Positions 51,101-64,000 of a DNA stretch of 64,000 nucleotides are shown in pieces. This DNA is from Lingula anatina (Eukaryota; Animalia; Brachiopoda), in assembly GCA_051362555.1 (NCBI GenBank), contig CM120642.1:16430001-16494000 (forward strand), written 5' to 3'. Position 1 is the stretch's first letter. Every line of letters begins with the position of its first letter. Position numbers and translations under genes: made by a program. Under the pieces are notes generated by a model, which was not told the origin of the DNA, ran no database searches, and was given only the letters and a program-made list of their open reading frames with translations.

Positions 51101-54100
51101 CCACCATATCATTCAGGTGTTACTCTGTATATAAAATGTGGTTGAAAAGTCAGCATTTATTGCCTGTTTATAGAGTCTTTGGATGTGCAAGCAAGACCTG
51201 GTAAATGAATATGGGCTTTGTCTGAGGATAGGAGATAGAGAACGGTGGAGAATACTGACTCACAGACCTTTGACAAATCATGCAAATTGGAAACGATACT
51301 TAGTGATGATGATGATGATGATGATGATGAAAATGATGATGATGATGATGATGATGAGACAGTTTTAAACTTGTAGTTAAAATTGTGCTGAACACTAGTG
51401 TGTCCTAATGCAGTTTCTTGAACTCTATTGCAGGTAGACCATTGTTTGTGCTGCCTCCTGTGCCTACAGAGGTGATCAAGAACCACTTGCTCCACATGAC
51501 CTGCAGTGTGGAGGCTGACCCCCCTGCCCAAGTAGACTGGTTCAGAAATCAAGTGAAGATTGTTGCCAATGACAGAACGCAGTTTAGGTGAATATATGAA
51601 CAGATCTCGTAAGAGAAGTCAGGCCTTTAGTCTGGTGGGGTGGGGTGGGATGGGGGGGGGGGGGGAAGGGAAAAACTGCCCTGTTGGTTGGAAAAAGTCC
51701 ACTCTCAATTAAAATTTGGTCAACTAAGAGTGTAAAAAGGTCAGTTTTCAGAATAAGAAACTCCCATTTGAAATTGGTAGCTACATGCCTGGAAGTGCAA
51801 GCTCAATTAAGATATGTTCTTTGATAAGTGCTCATACTGTATTTAAAAATTATGCATTTCTTTTATTCATTGTACAGGGGCACATTTTATATTTGGATGA
51901 AAACTTACAAACACTCTTCCTTTAAGTTATAGTGGTAATTTCACTTTCAGCCCAAAATGAAATATTACTTTTGAAAAGTAGTAGTAGGTTAATACTCATG
52001 TTTAACTTTCAGGGACTCAAACCAAGAGCTTTACATCACCAATGTGGATAAGCTGAATGAAGGCATTTACTACTGTACAGCCAGAAATATACATGGAAAT
52101 GCTAAAAGTGCTGAAGTATTTGTGAAAGTGCTAGGTTTGTATATTACTGGTTATTTGCGATAGCTTTTTTAGCTAACTGATTTTATAATTATATTATGTT
52201 GATTTTTACAGATGCATGAGAAGCCTTAAACTTAAATATACCTCTAAGTGAGGGAAAAATTCTTATTTATGAGTCACTCATATAGGAGTTAAACAGCAGA
52301 TTTTTACTTGTGACAATTAAAATTGAAAATATAATTATTACTCAAAAAGAAGCTTACAGATTGTTATTTTCTTAGTGGTTTTAGAAAGGGCGTGCCTTCA
52401 TTCCCATTATTTATTTTCAAATTTTGTCTTTTTCTATTGTCTCAGTTTTGTTTGTCTTTTTTCAGTTCTGTGCATGTTGTTTCAGTTCTGTATGTATTAT
52501 TTTAGTGCCCCCAGAGATCATGCAGACAGTGCCCCACCTGGTGAGAGCAGAGGGAAGCTACACACAGTTACAGTGTGGAGTATACGGAGACCCCTTCCCA
52601 GCTGTCACTTGGGCACAAGGTGAAACATAAAGAATGAGAGAGAGAGAGAGAGAGTGAGAGAGAGAGAGAGGAGGGTATCCTGTCTGTGTTTTATTACAAC
52701 AGTTGTTTTTTATTTGTGGTTTGAATGTGTGTAGATATTAATGTCATTGGTCTAGAAAAAAGGTTCAGCAGTATAAAATGTGTTATTTGAAGGTCTAACT
52801 GTGACAGGTGATAACTTATTAATTTATTGTGATGTTGATGATAATAATAATAACAATGATGATGATGATAATGATATAGTTGGTGGTGATGATTGTGATG
52901 ATGTTGGTGATGATAATCATAGTAATAAAAGTAACAGTTTTTTTTTTAATTCTGATTGATTGATACAGCTAGTGTGTGTCTGTGTGTGTGCCCATGTGTT
53001 TGTGTGCAAGCAAGTGTGTGCATTTGTTGTGTCTACATGCACCCATATTTAATACACATTTTATGTCTTATGCTTAACATTCTGACAGTGTTGTATTGCA
53101 AACATTTTCCAGATGGACAGCCAGTTCAGTATGACAACAGGAGAGTACTGGAGGGCACTCAGCTCACCATCACCTCAGTGACTACCTCAGACCAGGGCAA
53201 CTATACCTGCACTGCAACTAACAAAGCTGGCTCTAAACAAAGCACTGGGAGTCTCAGGATTCAAGGTAGGTCTAATAATTCATGGTAGGTCTCATAATTT
53301 TTGGGAGAGGTCTCAGGATTCAGGGTAGGTCTCATAATTTATGGGAGAAGTCTCAGGATTCAAGGTAGGTCTCATAATCTTTGGGAGAAGTCTCAGGATT
53401 CATGGTAGATCTTATAATTCATGATAGGCTTCATAATTCATGGTATGTCTCAGGATTCAAGGTAGGTTTCATAATTAATGGGGGGCCACAGGATTCATGG
53501 TATGTCTCATAATTCATGGGAGGTCTCATAATCTAAGGGTGGTTTCAGTATTCTTTTTGTACCTAAATCTGTAATTTTTCACTTCTTTATCTGTTACAAA
53601 TCATTAAACTTATTGTGATTGTTTATGTTTGATACAGTTTAAATTTTATCATTCCCTTAATTCATTATATTTCAAACAAAACAGTTTATTTCTCATCTTC
53701 AAAAGAGCACTAAGAACAAGATGTTTAAACAGCATATTATCCAGAATGCTTTTAATTAATACAAAGTTTTACTTAGTCAAAATCAAGGTTTAATTTTATA
53801 ACAATCTTTTTTTATAGTACCCCCTACATTCACCAGCTACCCAGTGGACCTGGCGGTCAATAAGTCTGACCGGCTGGTCATCCCATGCCAAGTGTCTGGA
53901 GTGCCAGAGCCTGTGATATCCTGGAGCTTTAATGTAAGTGCCTAGGTGTGGTCATGTTTTGTTATCATGATAGATTTAATACATGTTTTACTTAGAATTA
54001 AAAGTTTCAGATTTAATGGTGTAGTTTTTGTAATTGGATATTATTATATAATTTGTTTATGGGTAAATTTATTAAAATAAATGTTGTTATAGAAATAGTG

Positions 54101-57100
54101 ATGGGATTTAGGAAATTTTGAATTATGTTTTAGACTTATACTTGCTGTAGATCAGGGCAGTTGTCATTGATATACAATTTTCAATGGTTCAAGTGAACGT
54201 CATTCGTTTTTCATGGCAAAATATTTTTTAAACCAATTATAATTTATTTTTTTATATTCCATATGCCTCAATCTAACAAACACTATATATAATATCAATA
54301 AAAACATTTGTTGCCTTTAATTATTTTGATAATATTAAACTTAAATTTACAAAGAGAAATTATAATGAATTTAAAGCATCAATTTTGTAACATAAATTAT
54401 AAAAACATTATAATAGCAATTATAAGAGAATTAATGCCATCAACACTCTCCTCTAACTAACAGAATTTTTCAGAGAGTGAATTTATGGGGTGCACTAAAA
54501 ACTAGAGCAAATATTGCTCACAATTGTTGAAGACCTTCAGTACCTAGTCATTTTCTACTATAATTTTTGTAACCTCCTAGCTTTTGCACAGATGACATAA
54601 ATCTAGAACTGCAGTTGTATTCAGTTTATTATGATTCCATCTTTCAGGGGCACGCTCAGCTGCCAAACGGTGTATCATTATCTGCAGACAAGATGGCGCT
54701 AACCATCGCCTCAGTCGATGAAGTGCATGATGGGACATTCACATGTATGGCAGACAATGGTGTGGGAACCAGACGGCATTCTGGGACAATTTTCGTACAA
54801 GGTAAAAATAACAATGATTTCTCTCGCATTGAATGTACATTTACAGAAAATTTAAAAAATGTACATTCATAAACAAATAAACCCTAGGACTCTTGTTTTC
54901 CAGTTTCAGCATCCACTGTTTTTAAAGGCATATATCTGAATTTAACCTTGATTCACTCAAAATACAAGCAGGTTCATATTGAATTATTTCTCTCTGATCA
55001 GTGTTTTGAAAAATACTATATGGATATTAGTACATTATATTAAAATATATTTTCAGTCCAGCCCACCATATCTCACATAGAGGGCAGGACCATAGTGGGA
55101 CGTGGCAAAGATCTGACCTTGACCTGTGTTGCCGTTGGAACCCCAGCACCAAGCTATACCTGGTACCACAGGGGTACCCTGCTGGCACCAGTCAGTAACA
55201 ACAGGATCCTGTTCCCCTCTGTCAACTCTGTACTTGTGAAATATGTTACACAGAATGACTCTGGTATGTAATACTAGCACATGTATCTCTGCCTTCAAGA
55301 TGTTCTTTTCTTTTTATTTATTTATTTTTGAATTAATTTTTAAAGTATTCATTTTGACTTATCTGATAAATAGGCAAGTCTTTATAAACCTCTTGACTTG
55401 CAGATCCATACAAATCAATAATTTTATAACTCAGTCAATAATTTTATCTTATGTTTTTCATCCTAGGTGTGTACAGCTGTCAGACACAGAATGCTGCAGG
55501 GAGGTCCACATACAGTGTACATGTTTACATCAGAGGTGTGTAACAGATATCGGTATCATATGTACATGTAAAATATCATAAGGAAGTGTTTGTATATTGT
55601 AACAGTTATAAATTTAATGGTGATTTCTGATGTCATAGGTGTGGCCTTGGATTCAGATTAATTTTGAAATTTATTTCGAATATATTTTGGTGGTATTTCA
55701 TTAAAAATATTGCTGAATATTTGGGTTAAAGTTAAAAGATATTGAATTTGAAGAAATGATGTGCATGTGTGTTTATAATATAAAGAGAGAGTATATTGTC
55801 TGTATATTATTTGTAACTCTAGATCCTCCAAGACCACCTGTCTTACAGTCAGCCGTGCCGGTGTCTCCTAATTCTGTCAACCTCACCTGGGTGCCAGTGC
55901 AGCAAGACACAAATAACGATGTGTCCTTCTTTGTGGTACAGTACAGAGAAAAGTAAGTATGATGTATGCATGTCAGGTCCATAAATAGTACAATAGTCAC
56001 AGCTATATGTAGATCAAGGCCAGAGAGGGCAGAACATTTTTATTTTTATCAAAACATAGAAAGATAGTTTATATTAGTGCATTTCTAATTGTTAAATGGT
56101 AAATTTGACTTCAGAAAGCCCCTGTTTAAGCTGTTTTTCTCATGAAATGGACATAAGGAGTAATCATCCTGAAGTCTTACCATGATTTGAGATAGTAATT
56201 AATTTTGTTTGATGGCCAGGATACAGTTATTTTCAAAATGAATGGTGAAGTAGACATTTTTCATTGAAGGAAAATTTCAACCCCAAAGCTGTTATTATGA
56301 AAAGGATATTAGATGTCAATGTATTAATTTATGAAATCTCTTGCAGTGTTGGCAACATTGTTATTATAATTTTGGTGTGCATTTTTTTCACCAGAGTCAA
56401 AGCAGATTACTTAACATTCCATCACAAGGTGTCAGCACCAGCAGTTTCCTATGAGCTATTTGGCCTATCAGCAGGGACAGAATATTTTGTGCGGGTACTG
56501 GCAGAAAATGAAATAGGCACTGGAGATCCCAGCAACTCTCTACTTGTGAAGACATTTGAAACTGGTAAAAAATATAAGACAAAAGATCAGTTGCAAGAAT
56601 ATTGGCAGACGGTCATCTCAAATTTTACAAACAGCAAATATAAATAATTAAATTCCTTTAACAATAATTTTAAATGTCTCAGGAATTACTGTTCATACTA
56701 AAATTGTGTAAATTTGGTATTGGTATAGAGCATAGATCTGTGTCAGTCATCTTTGAACTTTTATTGTATGACCCCACACACATGCACACATGCATTCATG
56801 TGTGCACACACACACATGCACATATACAGTTCTTAACATCCTTGGACTGACAGTGAATGTGAACAATCATTTCTTTACATCATTGTTATTTTTTGTAAGC
56901 TGTCTCAAACACCAGCTAGGTGCCTACAGTGCAACAGAACACAGATGTTCAGAAGTCTTTTATAGCTAATTAGACCTCCATTGTAACTATGGGATGGCAT
57001 TTACAATCATTTAACCCATTTCAGCCCCATCGGAGCCACGCAACTTCTACATTACTTTCATCCAAGCAAACTCTGCCAGTCTTTCCTGGGAGATTCCGTC

Positions 57101-60100
57101 CACCAAGAGTGGTCAGATCAAGTACTACCAAGTCCACTTCAAACCAGCCAATGACACAGAGGCTGAGTACACTGTAGATGAGGTAGGTGAGCCACAGCCA
57201 GCCACTCATACGTACACCATCACTGGATTGAGGCCTTATACATGGTATGAAGTCCGAGTGAGAGCAGCCACAGTGGAGGGTGGTGTTAAACTGTGGGGAA
57301 ACTTCACTGCTCTTTTACATGGACAGACTCTCCAAGCAGGTACGTGTAGTCATATTTCTTATTCTAACTGGTATATATTTATACTGTATTGTTGAAATCC
57401 CTTTTTGTAAAAATTTTGATGTCTGAACAATAGAACTTAATTGATAAGTTGGTATTTTTTAGATGGAAACTCTTGGTCCATTTTAATCCAAAACGTGCTA
57501 GTTCTCTTAAACAAAATACTCACTACACATACCCATCAGTCTATAACATAAACAATTTCTTACCTCACATTTTTGTGAATGACAAGCAAAGCTGCAGTGT
57601 TTGTCAAATTAATTAAATAAATAATTATGTAATTTGTGGATTTTTTTAATCCTCTAGTTCCCAGTGCTCCAGTGACTGGCCTGAGAGCCCTGGCCATATC
57701 CAGCACCGCCATACAAGTATCCTGGAATGTAAGACAAAGCGCCATCAGTGGCTAACAAATTGTCCTTGAATTATAAAAAAGGTTATCTTAGAGTTAAACA
57801 GGATTTGAAGTTCAGTGGAGATCAAACTTTTTGATCAGTTAATGAATGTCTTTAGAAATATGTTGGACATCCCTTTAAAGGTTAGCCTGGGGACTAGCAA
57901 CACACAAATACTTGCTTCAGAATATTACTACAGTACTATGATGTTAAATTTTGTCTCCCCAGGATAATATGGTTATCTTGCTTCAATGAACTGCGGATTT
58001 TAATTCATTAATCCTTGCTTTTCTCACAGCCAATAGGAAAAGAGGATAGAAATGGACCAATTACACACTACAGAATCACATATGCAGAGGTCAACACCGT
58101 GGCAACCTTCAACTTGACAACCACTGAAACATCAGCTACCATAGCAACCAACCTGTTACCATGGAGATCTTATAGCATCAGCATCATAGCATATAATGTC
58201 ATAGGTGCAAGTCCTAAAAGTGCAGCGGTAGAAGTGAGGACTCTGCCGTCTGCCCCTGCAGGAAGTCCCAGGCGGATTTCACTGAGTGCACTCAGTTCTA
58301 CCTCCATTCAGGTCACGTGGCAGGTATGTCCACTTTTACAGGTCAGAATATTTTTACCCAAAATTCCAAATAAAAATGGACCCAACTGCAGACATTTGAA
58401 TATATGTACGTAAATAGACAATTACCCTGCACCAGACACAAGCGATTAACATTATGCATCTTTTAATGATGATTTGTTCTCGTTTTCCTATTTGCAGTGC
58501 TGTTTATTCACAAATCCCGATCCTCACTTTTTTTCATACAAGCTATATGCAGCTTTTCACCTTGCACACCAATGGGCACAATATGAGCAAAAAAAAAAAT
58601 TTCCAAAATTAACTTTAGACCAGTTAAGGTACTTTCTCTCTTTTGCAGCCTGTGGAACACAGCAAACAAAATGGAGAGATCTCAGGGTACAAGTTGTATG
58701 TTGTCACACAGAACACCTCGGAACCCAGAGTGATCACAGTGACTGGGAAGGATACACTGGCTGCTAACATTAGGTACTATTCTGACACATACGTACAGCT
58801 GCTTGACTTCTCTGGTTTTATATTCTGTATAGCATACTTTTTCCTACATCTTTCTGGTAAGTTAGTAATATTAAGGTAATTACTCACTTAGAAGAAAATT
58901 TATTGATATAACCTAAAACAGTGTTTGGCTGATGAAATTGTTATGAGAGAGAAGGATGAATTGTCACTCTGTATGGTTGATAATGCATTTAAGACATAGC
59001 TGTTCTTTTGAATATTCTAGCAACCTGCAGGTCTGGACCACCTATAGTGTCAGTGTATCAGCGTACACACATGGTGTGACCCCTGAGGAGGGGCCAGTGT
59101 CTGCAGCTTACACCATCAGAACCAAAGAGGGGCGTAAGTATGTTAGGAATGAGGGCAGTTTAATGTGAAATCACTTGGGAGAGTGAAGGTGGGGGGAGAG
59201 TTTTAGTTGTACCTGTAGATGCTATTGCGCCCATCTCCAGATTGTACGTAAAATACAGGTGCCCAAGTTGATTATGTATATACAACTCAGTGACTTCTAC
59301 CAGGATTACGATAATATGTGCTTGGCAATTAGACCCCATTCCCAGAGATTAGATCGATCTACTTTAGATCGACCTAACTGACTGGGGGTTCACGCTAAAT
59401 AGCTGTCAGCCGAGCAGGCACGAAAGTTAATTACCCCCTTACAGCTTGTAGTAGTCAGGACAGACATTTAAGCTGGATTATCTGACAGCAATCTAGTGAG
59501 ACTCCCCGCGGGGATAGATTGATCTAAAAGCTCTGGGAATACGCCCATAGTCTGACAGTTAGTCTGCACCTTATGTTTTCATAGTCATTTGCAGAAAAAC
59601 ACTCATACCACAGATGACACTACTGCAAGTGACCCACACTGTGTATATCTGGTTATATTGTAAAGTCACCTGCAGTTTGAGTAAATTCACAGCTTTTACA
59701 TGGTATATGAGGGAGAGCATGTGTATTTGTCTTGGGGAGAAACTTTAGGGTTGCCAACAATACTGAACTAAGTGTTTTGGGTTGAGTGGACTCACCTTCA
59801 GCACCCTGAGCCCTAATATGAAGACATCTCACTGCACATTAACTGGATTATGTCACCTTACCCTCTTCCTTTCTCTCACTTCCAGGGCCAGGACCAGTAG
59901 AGGGTCTCACAGCCACAGCAGGCAGCTACATGGTGGAACTGTCATGGCAGCCACCACCTGAACCAAGAGGAATTATATCTCAGTATGTCATCACATATTA
60001 TGGCATACCAATTACTACTACCACAACCACAACTACTACTACTGCTACTACTACTACTACCACTACTGCCAGTTCTACTACTGCTTTTAATACAACAGAT

Positions 60101-62184
60101 GGGAGTGAAACTATATCTGACAATGGGATGAATATTTCACTGACAGTGAGCACCACAGGTAAAAGGCATTTATATTTTTCAGATGTAAAAAAGTATTTTT
60201 GTTACATGTTTCTTAGTGGTATTCCCCAGGCTTTTTCCAGGCCAGGCATGATTCATGTCCAGCTTCAAGCTTTTTCTTTTTTTATAAACTGTCAATATGT
60301 ACCCTTGTATTCTTGCTTGCTTTGGTGCCTCAAAGGAGGAGAGTTGATGTTTTGAGCAGTGGCATTTTAACACCTTAAAGAAATAGAAGTTGTTAGTCAT
60401 TCAGTTATTGATACTATGCATGGAGAAGTAGGTGCTTAGCATTAAAACTGTAAGATTATGATATATTTTGATTAAGAACCACCCTAATTGCTGTAACAAT
60501 GTAAAGTAGAAATATGGAAAAAAATCGATATTATGCTTTTCACAAGTGCTTGCAGGGCCACATATTATATAACAATCCCAAATTTAAAACATTCTTTGCA
60601 TCCTTTTGAGTCAACTAACAATAAAATTATGATTAAATTTTTAATTTTACAGAATCTCAGAGACTTGTCCAGAAAAGAGACGTGGAGCAGTTGAACACGT
60701 CTGTCTCTATCAGCACACCTAACACCAGTATTACAATAAGCCTTCTTCAGGCTAACACCAGGTACACCTTCAGTGTTCTGGCTCAAACTGGGGGTGGCCT
60801 GGGACAGACAGCTACAGAAGTCACGGTGGAGACCTGTAAGTACCTTTAGTTATTGAATCACACAGCTTCTAAACCTATTACATATTTTGTGTAGCTACAA
60901 GTAAGATAATACTTAAAAATAATAATATGTTAAAAGACTTACATAAGACCATTCAGTCTGGTTGTGTGGTACTTATGGGAACACATTATAGGAACAATGC
61001 ATTGTTATTTGAAAAACGTTATAACATCCACATGTAATTTTTTTGAGAATATAAACAGTGCATTAAAATCTTTTGGAAAATCAACTAATATATATAACTT
61101 TATTATATGTATATATAAGGTACATTTATAACGTTTGTATTATATTCCAGTGCCCCCAACCCCTGCCCCCACCATCCCCACCAGTGTACCCCCCACTACC
61201 CCACCTAGCACCACCACCACACAGCTACAGAGAGACACCCCACCCACCCCAGCCCCTCTGCTGGACCCACGGTACCTGCCATATGTGATAGGGGGTGCTG
61301 TTGCTGTCTTCATCCTCATTGTGGTGGTGGTGATCCTGATTGCCTGCTGTTGTCGCAGGAAGAGAAGAAGGAAGGACTCTGGAAGCAGATACTGTGAGTA
61401 GAAATTCTCCAACGAATAAACGGTTTTATTTTCTGGATGAGGGTTTCAGTTTTACTCTGGTTAAGAAAATTGCATTCAATTTGACATTCTGAAGTTAGAC
61501 CTCTATTAAACTCAATTTTAGACTAATACATGGCTGCATGGCAATGAACAGCATTACAATATTAGGTCATTAAATGGAAATAGATGTTTTGGAAAAAGAA
61601 GCTATTTACCCTTTTTTATTGGTGGATTCAGGCTTTTTCATGATTTATCATTTTCAGAAACGGCATGACATTATAAAAGATATGCGCTTTCTGACAGGAA
61701 GTCAGCTATAATTTTGCAAAACATTTAATTAAGCAATGAGTACTACCAACAAAATATTTTGGCAGAAGAAATGATAAAATCACATTGTTCAATTTATCAA
61801 GTAAATATTGTAGGGGAAAAAATTGTTCATATTTTATTCCTTTACTCAGTTCTTATATAAAATACATTAGCAAAAGTCCTGTGGGGCTCAAAGTGTGCCT
61901 CTTCTTGAGAAAAACTGGGTAATTAATAATTATTTGTAAATGGGAGTTGGGGGCCCACTCTGCCATATCTAGCTATGGTTACACACTGTATACTGTAGTG
62001 AAAAGTCTCTCTGTCAATCTGGTCTCTGTTTTCCAGTCATCCCTCCCAGCACTGCCAGGAACATGGACATGCAGCTGGAGGTCCATAGTCCTGATAGGCC
62101 AGGCAATATGAATGGGCAGACCAGGCCACAACATATGCTGTGGGAGGACTCCTCTGATACTGACCATACCCCTGACCCGTACAG
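44576..62184 (+). CDS. Immunoglobulin/fibronectin-III single-pass receptor (signal peptide, 8 Ig, 5 FN3, Pro/Thr stalk, TM, cytoplasmic tail); probably incomplete at the 3' end
   Basis: Signal MILNLFMLLVAVLPYVIA. Eight C...W...GxYxC Ig domains lie between 44810 and 55535, and five FN3 domains (W..P/Y..Y/L.P.T.Y.V.V.A) between 55823 and 60835. TM YVIGGAVAVFILIVVVVILIACCC followed by RRKRRRK at ~61280-61375. The cytoplasmic exon 62037-62184 has no stop codon. Confidence 0.9.
45113..45170. repeat. (GT)n microsatellite
   Basis: Direct read of the sequence. Confidence 0.95.
46112..46278. mobile_element. Short MITE (relative at ~51620-51791)
   Basis: Termini caggcacgtagccag / ctggctacaggcctg. Confidence 0.55.
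46875..46877 (+). other. Candidate 3-nt microexon (AGG) in Ig2 of the receptor
   Basis: ttgttcttatttttcatttaacAG|AGG|GTAAGT; phase 1/1, adds one Glu. Confidence 0.6.
47630..47656 (+). other. Candidate 27-nt microexon (DDNVTNSPG) in Ig2 of the receptor
   Basis: attaac...tgctttttatgtgcactatttctccatAG|27 nt, open in phase 1|GTACGA. Confidence 0.5.
51304..51356. repeat. (GAT)n microsatellite
   Basis: Direct read of the sequence. Confidence 0.9.
53248..53540. repeat. ~40-bp minisatellite copying an exon end plus its splice donor
   Basis: gtctcaggattcaaggtaggtctcataat recurs at ~53251, 53310, 53350, 53390 and 53447. Confidence 0.85.
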
Positions 62185-62640
62185 GTGAGATGATATGAAA
62201 TGGACCACATCCATGACCTTTATAGGTGTGATAATAAGGCATTGACCTTACATGTACCCCTGACCCTCACAGATGTGATAAATAAATATGAAGCTGACCA
62301 TGCTCTTGTCCCTCATAGCAGTGATAATATAATACAGACCATGTCTGTCCCTCACAGCAGTGATAATATGGCACTGAACTTGTCCCTGTCCCTCACATCT
62401 TAATTAAGTAATGTGATACTGACCATACCCTGTCCCTCACAGCTTTGATAATGTGATACTGACCATACCCCTGTCCCTCACAGCTTTGATAATGTGATAC
62501 TGACCATACCCCTGTCCCTCACAGCTTTGATAATGTGATACTGACCATACCCCTGTCCCTCACAGCTTTGACAATGTGATACTGACCATACCCCTGTTCC
62601 TTATAGCTGTGAAAATGATAATGATAATTAGATTGACCAT
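62155..62640. repeat. 40-41-bp minisatellite derived from an exon end
   Basis: tgatactgaccatacccctgtccctcacagctttgataatg occurs about 5 times at 62413-62610, with decayed copies back to the exon end at 62155-62184. Confidence 0.85.
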
Positions 62641-63283
62641 GTCCTGTTATGAGGAAACAAGCTTTTAAAAGTTTTTTTTTTTTTTTTTGAAAAATGAAAA
62701 TAAATTAGTTTGTTTAGTTTTTTCTTTATTTAAAGATACTATAATACTTGTACATGTATCACCTGTCTAGTACTTGTACTTAGTATCTGTCCTAAATTGT
62801 ATTTTAATTTTTATAGATGTTTTGGTTTTGTTACTTTGAATTTGGCTCTCCTATAACTAGGTGAACTATATATTATTTATATATTTATTAATAATTATTA
62901 TATTTGCCAGTATATATTTATGTCTCAGGCTACCTGCCTGTCTGTCTGTTACTTATTATCAACCATTTTTGCTCAATCAACAGAATTTTGTTTATAATTT
63001 TTATCATAAATAATTAGGGTTGTTTGTTTGTTTGTTTGTTTCATGTCCAATATATAGTATGCTGTTATTGTTTTAAGTAAAGCCAAAATAGATACTCACG
63101 CTATACCAAAATATGTTATTGTAAATACTGTGTTTGACATAAACACACTATTAGTGAAAAATGGACAGGATTATAACAATCAGCATGTGAAGGTAAACAT
63201 TAAGTCCCAGTAACTTATATAACAGTAACCTGGCTGCTTATCTTATCTCTGTGCACCATATCTAGGTACAGGACAAACATCTA

Positions 63284-63285
<2 letters not shown>

Positions 63286-63327
<42 letters not shown>
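63286..63327. repeat. (CA)n microsatellite
   Basis: Direct read of the sequence. Confidence 0.95.
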
Positions 63328-63330
<3 letters not shown>

Positions 63331-64000
63331 GGCGCACATGTGAGAGTGTGCACATATGCACGCACACATACCTGCATACTTGAAAGTGAAATAAATGGTT
63401 TTATTTCGTTTGTTTAGTTCTGTGTTTGAAAAAATGCTATGAGATGAGCAAGAAAGTGTATAATCAAGCTGACAAATTAGCAAATATACAAGGTTCCATG
63501 TTTTCATGGTAAGCCTTATCTTTTAAGTGCCCTTCACATATAAAACAATTATATTGCATGAAAATTTGTAATGTAGTATAACATCAAATCATTGTGCAGA
63601 AAGGCTCTAAATTACAAGAAAGGGCAATAATTGAGTTTCATTCCCTTTTTGTCGAGTTAAAACATTGATCTAACATGTGTATTAGTGATTTGGTTATAGT
63701 ACAGTACAAGATGAAACTGCAGTTGGCATGAAGAAAATATATTCTGTTTGATAAAAGACTTAAAAGCTCATCATTTTGGATTAATTTACACCTGTGAAGT
63801 TTTGCTTTAACTTTCAATATGTTTCATATGTTTATACTTAGATGAGTCATTTATTGATGCTTCCTTATCACTTTATCAGGACTATCCCATCCGAGCCAGT
63901 ACAAATACACACGTTATAATTAGATACTTTCTATATCCACAAATGACTGGTTTGATATGTATTTACTTCCTGCAGACAACTCATATTATAATAGCTTCCT

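Noticed and set aside
44576-62184. Calling the receptor Dscam, Robo or LAR
   Set aside because: The domain counts do not fit, there are no mutually exclusive exon arrays, and no phosphatase domain is visible in the window.
63880-63898. Possible further cytoplasmic exon of the receptor
   Set aside because: The acceptor is plausible, but the donor is weak and cannot be verified at the window edge.

Overview
AT-rich animal genomic DNA with many short introns; probably an invertebrate (lophotrochozoan-like, an inference from repeat types). It holds four conventional spliced genes. IK/RED (minus strand, ATG 4650, runs off the left edge) is head-to-head with HMMR/RHAMM (plus, 5158-16478). A FAM124-family gene (minus, 40774-43635) is head-to-head with a large Ig/FN3 single-pass receptor (plus, from 44576, probably running off the right edge; 8 Ig + 5 FN3 by my count). 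The standout lies between them (about 20.5-37 kb) and is almost invisible in the ORF track: a transposon-riddled tandem triplication. Each copy carries a three-exon minus-strand gene for a 66-70 aa secreted peptide precursor, made of a near-invariant signal peptide, a hypervariable Arg-rich exon and a conserved acidic tail. This is the layout of many linear cationic host-defence peptide precursors, but I do not recognise the family. The paralogous copies also expose empty sites for several transposon insertions and footprints. The receptor has candidate 3-nt and 27-nt microexons in Ig2 and a Thr-rich, KR-containing insert in its last FN3 domain. All exon calls are hand-derived from GT/AG and reading-phase logic; no searches were run.
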